Shown: positions 58,762 through 63,847 of the stretch, piece after piece
Position numbering within the stretch: the stretch's first letter is position 1
Layout: the number at the start of each line of letters is the position of its first letter
Source of the DNA: Actinomycetales bacterium
GTDB taxonomy: Bacteria > Actinomycetota > Actinomycetes > JAJZTN01
Assembly: GCA_051960855.1 (NCBI GenBank)
Contig: JBQCDV010000155.1
Coordinates: 1-63,847 of the forward strand
DNA: 63,847 nucleotides
Reading direction: 5' to 3'
Made by a program: the position numbers and the translations under genes
The notes under the pieces: model-generated
The model's input: the letters and a program-made list of their open reading frames with translations, nothing else
The model's database searches: none
What the model was told of the DNA's origin: nothing

Positions 58762-60287
58762 CCATCACGGCGCCTCGGCCGGCGGCTGATGATGGGGCGG
58801 GAGACCGGGGGGCCGGCCGGAGCGGTCGACCAGACTTCGTCGCGCTCGCGGTGCGCCTCCGGGCCGCCCTGGGCCACGACGCGGTGATCGACGACCATCT
58901 GCGGCTGCGTACCTACGAGTGCGACGGGCTGGCCCACTACAAGGTGACTCCGGCGCTGGTGGTCCTTCCCCGAACGCCGTCCGAGGTGGCGACCGCCGTC
59001 CGCGAGTGCGCGTCCGCGCGGGTGCCCTTCGTCGCGCGGGGCTCGGGGACCGGTCTCTCCGGAGGCGCGCTGCCTCACGCCGACGGCGTCCTCATCGTCA
59101 CCTCGCAGATGCGGACGATCCATGAGATCGACGTCGCCAACCAGCGCGCGGTCGTCGACCCCGGCGTCATCAACTTGCACGTGACGAGGGCAGCGACTCC
59201 CGATGGCTACTACTACGCGCCCGACCCGTCGAGCCAGCAGGTGTGCTCCATCGGTGGCAACGTCGCCGAGAACTCCGGCGGCGCCCACTGCCTGAAGTAC
59301 GGCTTCACCACCAACCACGTCACCGGCGTCCAGCTCGTCACGCCCGGTGGTGAGCTGCTCCGGATCGGCGGCAAGGCGCCGGACCCCACGGGCTACGACC
59401 TCCTCGGGGTCCTGGTCGGCAGCGAGGGGACCCTCGGTGTGGTCACCGAGGTCACCATCCGCCTGGTCCGGGTCGCCGAGAACGTCCGCACGCTGCTCGC
59501 AGCCTTCGCGACAACCGACGAAGCCGGCGCCGCGGTCAGCGACATCATCGCCGCCGGTGTCGTCCCGGCCGCCATCGAGATGATGGACGCCCTCGCCATC
59601 GAGGCAGCCGAGGCCGCGGTCCACTGCAACTACCCGAACGGCGCCGGAGCCGTGCTGATCGTCGAGCTCGACGGGCCCGCCGTCGAGGTGGCAGCACAGT
59701 TCGAGGACGTGACGCGGATGTGCCGCGACAACGGCGCCTTCGAGATCCGCATCGCCGCCGACGACGTGGAGCGGGCGCTGTTCTGGAAGGGCCGGAAGTC
59801 CGCGTTCGCGGCGGTGGGCCGCATCTCACCGGACTACATCGTGCAGGACGGCGTCATCCCGCGGACCAACCTGCCGGAGGTGCTGCGTGCGATCGCCGAG
59901 CTCTCAGCCGAGAGCGGCGTGCGGGTGGCCAACGTCTTCCACGCGGGCGACGGCAACCTGCATCCGCTCGTGCTCTTCGACGACACGGTGCCGGGTCAGG
60001 CGGAGCGAGCCGAGGAGGTGTCCGGGGCCATCATCGACCTCTGCATCTCGCACGGCGGTTCGATCACCGGCGAGCACGGCGTGGGATCGGACAAGGCGAA
60101 GTTCATGCCGCGGATGTTCGGCGCGGACGACCTCGACACCATGCAGCTCGTCCGGTGCGCCTTCGACCCGGATGGCATCTCCAACCCGGGCAAGGTCTTT
60201 CCGACGCCGCGGCTGTGCGGTGAGGTGCCCGGCAAGCGCACGGGCGTGCATCCGCTCCAGGAAGCAGGCCTGGCGGAGGCCTTCTGA
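58758..60287 (+). CDS. glcD: Glycolate oxidase FAD subunit
   Basis: [53 protein letters not shown]. Confidence 0.93.
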   Translation: MTITAPRPAADDGAGDRGAGRSGRPDFVALAVRLRAALGHDAVIDDHLRLRTYECDGLAHYKVTPALVVLPRTPSEVATAVRECASARVPFVARGSGTGLSGGALPHADGVLIVTSQMRTIHEIDVANQRAVVDPGVINLHVTRAATPDGYYYAPDPSSQQVCSIGGNVAENSGGAHCLKYGFTTNHVTGVQLVTPGGELLRIGGKAPDPTGYDLLGVLVGSEGTLGVVTEVTIRLVRVAENVRTLLAAFATTDEAGAAVSDIIAAGVVPAAIEMMDALAIEAAEAAVHCNYPNGAGAVLIVELDGPAVEVAAQFEDVTRMCRDNGAFEIRIAADDVERALFWKGRKSAFAAVGRISPDYIVQDGVIPRTNLPEVLRAIAELSAESGVRVANVFHAGDGNLHPLVLFDDTVPGQAERAEEVSGAIIDLCISHGGSITGEHGVGSDKAKFMPRMFGADDLDTMQLVRCAFDPDGISNPGKVFPTPRLCGEVPGKRTGVHPLQEAGLAEAF

Positions 60288-61642
60288 TGACCGACACCCT
60301 CACGGACCGGCTCGTCGCCGCCGTCGACGCCCTCGGAGTGGGTGCGACGCCGGCGGCCGAGGACGACGCTGTCCTCGGGGTGCGGCCCGCCTTGGTCGCC
60401 CGACCCGAGTCGACGGAGCAGACAGCGGCGCTCATGCGCGTCGCTGCGGAGCACGGTGCCCGAGTGGTTCCGCGTGGCAGTGGTAGTCGGCTGCACTGGG
60501 GGGATGCCCCGGAGGCGGTCGACATCGTCGTCGATCTTTCGCGTCAATCTGACGTGATCGAGCACGCCGCCGACGACCTCGTCGTGCAGGCACAGGCTGG
60601 CCTCCCGCTGGAGCGGTTGCAGGAGCGGCTGGCGGAGGCTCGCCAGCAGCTCGCCCTCGACCCCTACCTGCCGCACCCGGGTGGCGTTGCGGACGGCAGG
60701 GCCGGGTCCGCTGGCACGCTCGGCGGCATCGTGTCGACCGGTGCCGCCGGACCATTGCGCCTCAGCCACGGCGCCGTGCGAGACCTGCTCATCGGCGTGA
60801 CGCTCGTGCGCGCTGACGGCGTCGTCGCCAAGGCCGGCGGCAAGGTCGTCAAGAACGTCGCCGGCTACGACCTCGGGAAGCTCGTCGCCGGCTCCTTCGG
60901 GACGCTCGCGATCATCACCGAGACGGTCTTCCGCCTGCACCCGCTGCCGCAGACGACCTGCTGGATCACCGTTCCTGCGACCGGTCCCGACGGCATCCAC
61001 GACCGGGTGCAGCGGCTCATCCACAGTCAGACCGTCCCGACCGCGATCGAGCTGGACCTGCCGTCGGCCGCCAGAAGCGCAGGGTCAGGCCCGAGCGGAG
61101 ATGGCCGGCTGGGAGGCGGGGTGGCTGGCTCGCTGTCCGTCCTCATGGCCGGCATCCCGGCCGGTGTCGAGGCGAGGGCCACCGCCGCACGCCAGCTGCT
61201 CGGTCCCGACGCCGAGGTCACCGACACGGCGCCCGCGTGGTGGCAGCGGCTGCCGTGGCGTCCGGGAGACCTCGGTCTGCGGATGACCAGCGAGATCGCC
61301 GGCATCGGACGCCTCGTGCAGACCCTGGACCGGGTCGCCGCCGAGCACGGAGTCTCCCCCGCACTGCGCGGCTCCCCGGCGGTCGGTGTCCTGCACGCCG
61401 CCGTTCCGGGCGAGGAGCTGGCAGACCTGCCGCCCACCGCGGTCGCCAGCCTGCTCGCCGACCTGCGGAAGGCGGCAACGGCGTTCGGCGGTCAGGTGGT
61501 CGTGCTCCAGTCGCCGCCGCAGCTCGTCGGCGAGCTCGACGTGTGGGGACACGTGCAGGGGCTCGACCTGATGCGCGCCATCAAACACCGCTTCGACCCC
61601 GAGCGTCTGCTCTCCCCCGGGCGCTTCGTAGGAGGGATCTGA
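60287..61642 (+). CDS. glcE: Glycolate oxidase FAD-binding subunit
   Basis: GTLGG, GGKVVKNVAGYDL.KL..GSFGTL, FDP..LL.PGR. Confidence 0.92.
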   Translation: MTDTLTDRLVAAVDALGVGATPAAEDDAVLGVRPALVARPESTEQTAALMRVAAEHGARVVPRGSGSRLHWGDAPEAVDIVVDLSRQSDVIEHAADDLVVQAQAGLPLERLQERLAEARQQLALDPYLPHPGGVADGRAGSAGTLGGIVSTGAAGPLRLSHGAVRDLLIGVTLVRADGVVAKAGGKVVKNVAGYDLGKLVAGSFGTLAIITETVFRLHPLPQTTCWITVPATGPDGIHDRVQRLIHSQTVPTAIELDLPSAARSAGSGPSGDGRLGGGVAGSLSVLMAGIPAGVEARATAARQLLGPDAEVTDTAPAWWQRLPWRPGDLGLRMTSEIAGIGRLVQTLDRVAAEHGVSPALRGSPAVGVLHAAVPGEELADLPPTAVASLLADLRKAATAFGGQVVVLQSPPQLVGELDVWGHVQGLDLMRAIKHRFDPERLLSPGRFVGGI

Positions 61643-61643
61643 C

Positions 61644-63065
61644 GTGACCTCGTCCGACGCAGTGTCCCGGCTCTCGGGCGCGTCCGGCACGACGAACGGC
61701 ACCGACCCCGGGCCGCTCGGCGACACAGTCAACGCCGCGTCACCCACGTTGCTGCCGGGACCGCCGGCCTTCGACGACCATCACCCGCCATCAGCCGCGC
61801 TCGTGGCCGACTGCGTCCACTGTGGCTTCTGCCTGCCGACGTGCCCCACCTACGTGCTGTGGGGCGAGGAGATGGACTCGCCTCGCGGGCGCATCTACCT
61901 GATGAACCAGGGCCTCCAGGGCGAGCCGATGACGCCGACAATGGTGCAGCACTTCGACGCCTGTCTTGGGTGTATGGCGTGTGTGACCGCCTGCCCTTCC
62001 GGTGTGCAGTACGACCGACTCATCGAGGCAGCGCGCGCGCAAGTCGAGCGCCGCTACGACCGGCCGTCCCGCGACCGCGCCCTGCGACGCCTGATCTTCT
62101 CGGTGTTCCCCTACCCGCGTCGGCTGCGGATGCTGCGGGGACCACTGCGGGCCTACCAGCGCACCGGCCTGCCGGCGGTGCTGCGACGGTCCCGGCTGTT
62201 GGATCGCGTCAGTCCGACGCTTGCCGCCATGGAGAGCCTCGCCCCGCCGCTCGAGTCGCCGGTCCGCGTCCCCGAGCACACTCCCGCCCAGGGCGAACGG
62301 CGCGGTGTCGTCGGCATGCTGCTCGGGTGCGTGCAACGGGAGTTCTTCCCCGGTGTCAACGCCGCGACCGTCCGGGTGCTGTCAGCCGAGGGTTTCGACG
62401 TTGTCGCTCCGCGCGGCCAAGGGTGCTGTGGCGCGCTGTCGGTGCACAACGGCCGGGACGAGGAGGGCCGCCGTTTCGCCCGCGCTCTCATCGACGCCTT
62501 CGACGCGGCCGGAGTCGAGTGGGTCGTCGTCAATGCGGCCGGATGCGGTTCGACGATGAAGGAGTACGGCGACCTGCTGACTGACGACGCGCACTACTCC
62601 GAACGAGCCCACCACTTCGCGTCACGGGTACGCGATGTCTCCGAGTTCCTTGTCGAGCAGGGCACCCGTGCCACTCGTCACGCCCTGCCTGTCACCGTCG
62701 CCTACCACGACGCCTGCCACCTCGCGCACGCCCAGAATGTCCGGAGCCAGCCGCGCCAGCTGCTCCGTGACATCCCTGGCCTCGAGCTGCGCGAGATCCC
62801 CGAAGCCGAAATCTGCTGCGGCTCCGCCGGCATCTACAACCTCCTCCACCCCGAGGCGGCACGTGAGCTCGGGGACCGCAAGGCTTCGAACGTCGCCCGC
62901 ACCGGCGCGCGCCTGCTGGTCACCGCCAACCCCGGGTGCCTCATGCAGGTGGCCTCGTCACTGCAGCGCACCGGGGCCAGCATCGCCATGGCCCACACGA
63001 TCGACGTGCTCGACGCCTCTATCCGCGGACTGCCCGTGGAGTCGCTGCTATCCGAGAACCCGTAG
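61644..63065 (+). CDS. glcF: Glycolate oxidase Fe-S subunit
   Basis: CVHCGFCLPTCP, SPRGRI, CLGCMACVTACPSGV.Y, two CCG domains, YHDACHL.H.Q. Confidence 0.93.
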   Translation: MTSSDAVSRLSGASGTTNGTDPGPLGDTVNAASPTLLPGPPAFDDHHPPSAALVADCVHCGFCLPTCPTYVLWGEEMDSPRGRIYLMNQGLQGEPMTPTMVQHFDACLGCMACVTACPSGVQYDRLIEAARAQVERRYDRPSRDRALRRLIFSVFPYPRRLRMLRGPLRAYQRTGLPAVLRRSRLLDRVSPTLAAMESLAPPLESPVRVPEHTPAQGERRGVVGMLLGCVQREFFPGVNAATVRVLSAEGFDVVAPRGQGCCGALSVHNGRDEEGRRFARALIDAFDAAGVEWVVVNAAGCGSTMKEYGDLLTDDAHYSERAHHFASRVRDVSEFLVEQGTRATRHALPVTVAYHDACHLAHAQNVRSQPRQLLRDIPGLELREIPEAEICCGSAGIYNLLHPEAARELGDRKASNVARTGARLLVTANPGCLMQVASSLQRTGASIAMAHTIDVLDASIRGLPVESLLSENP

Positions 63066-63086
63066 CACGGAAGGACATCACCGCCG

Positions 63087-63847
63087 ATGTACCAGCAGGT
63101 GCTCGACCCGATCGCGCATTCCCTTGCGCTCACCGCGATCTTTGCAGCCCTACCTCTGATCACGCTGTTCGTGCTGCTCGGCATCCTCCGGATGACGGCG
63201 TGGCAGGCCGCGATCATCTCCCTGATCGTGTCGATCCTCGTCGCGGTCTTCGTCTACCCGATGCCGATCGGGCAGGCGCTGCTCGCCACGACCGAGGGTG
63301 CGGCCTTCGGCTTCTTCCCGATCCTGTGGATCGTCATCAACGCGATCTGGGTCTACAACATGACGGTCGAGACCGGGCACTTCGACGTGCTGCGCCGGTC
63401 GTTCGCGCGAGTCAGTGACGACCAGCGCATCCAGGCGGTCATCATCGCCTTCTGCTTTGGCGCCCTGCTGGAGGCGCTCGCCGGCTTCGGCACCCCGGTC
63501 GCCATCACCAGCGTCATGCTCATCGCCCTCGGCTTCCGGCCGCTCAAGGCTGCGACCGTGGCCCTCGTCGCCAACACCGCTCCCGTCGCCTTCGGCGCAC
63601 TCGCGGTCCCGATCACGACGCTCGCCACAGTGACCGGTCTGCCCGAGCACGACCTCGCCTCGATGGTCGGCCGTCAGACCCCACTGCTCGGCGTCTTCGT
63701 CCCCATGGCCCTGGTCTACATCGTCGACAAGGGTCGCGGTGTCCGCGAGACCCTGCCGGCCGCGCTCACCTGCGGCATCGTCTTCGCTCTCGCCCAGTAC
63801 GTCACCTCGAACTTCATCTCCACGCAGCTGACCGACATCGTCGCCTC
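63087..63847 (+). CDS. L-lactate/glycolate permease (LctP/GlcA family), partial
   Basis: ATG at 63087; DQRIQAVIIAF.FGALLE..AGFGTP, ANTAPVAFG; open to the window end. Confidence 0.9.
   Translation, partial: MYQQVLDPIAHSLALTAIFAALPLITLFVLLGILRMTAWQAAIISLIVSILVAVFVYPMPIGQALLATTEGAAFGFFPILWIVINAIWVYNMTVETGHFDVLRRSFARVSDDQRIQAVIIAFCFGALLEALAGFGTPVAITSVMLIALGFRPLKAATVALVANTAPVAFGALAVPITTLATVTGLPEHDLASMVGRQTPLLGVFVPMALVYIVDKGRGVRETLPAALTCGIVFALAQYVTSNFISTQLTDIVA

Noticed and set aside
58758-63065. GlcDEF as a sulfolactate dehydrogenase completing SQ mineralisation
   Set aside because: Translationally coupled to malate synthase, which points to glyoxylate; no desulfonating enzyme nearby

Overview
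High-GC actinobacterial chromosome window with no tRNA/rRNA, CRISPR array, integrase or transposase that I can recognise. The left end is the conserved nrdJ-nrdR-(LysM/ChiZ-like)-lexA block, with NrdR boxes and three SOS boxes. The right end is dagK-dinG, then an IclR-controlled aceB-glcDEF-permease glycolate operon. Between lexA and dinG lie about 48 kb of accessory genes. Two adjacent sugar-catabolic loci stand out. (1) 19.3-30.9 kb: mtnA, a ribose-type ABC importer, mtnK and dhaK/dhaL, divergent from GntR, a Zn-ADH, a FucA-type class II aldolase and a FucU/RbsD mutarotase. This reads as an import-coupled DHAP-shunt pathway for 5-deoxyribose/5-methylthioribose with extra, unexplained DhaKL subunits. 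(2) 32.0-45.2 kb: a DeoR-regulated sulfoquinovose (sulfo-EMP-type) operon with a YihV-like kinase, YihT aldolase, fucose-isomerase-fold isomerase, CUT1 ABC importer, aldehyde dehydrogenase and TauE exporter. Its gateway enzymes are atypical: a YicI-like (not YihQ-like) GH31 and an M24-fold hydrolase lacking most metal ligands. Other items: a mazEF-type TA pair, rifampin ADP-ribosyltransferase arr, a dithiol-oxidase/methyltransferase fusion, a protein with a Cys-rich tail, and a 53-bp REP-like palindrome present twice. All assignments come from motif recognition by eye; no database searches were run.
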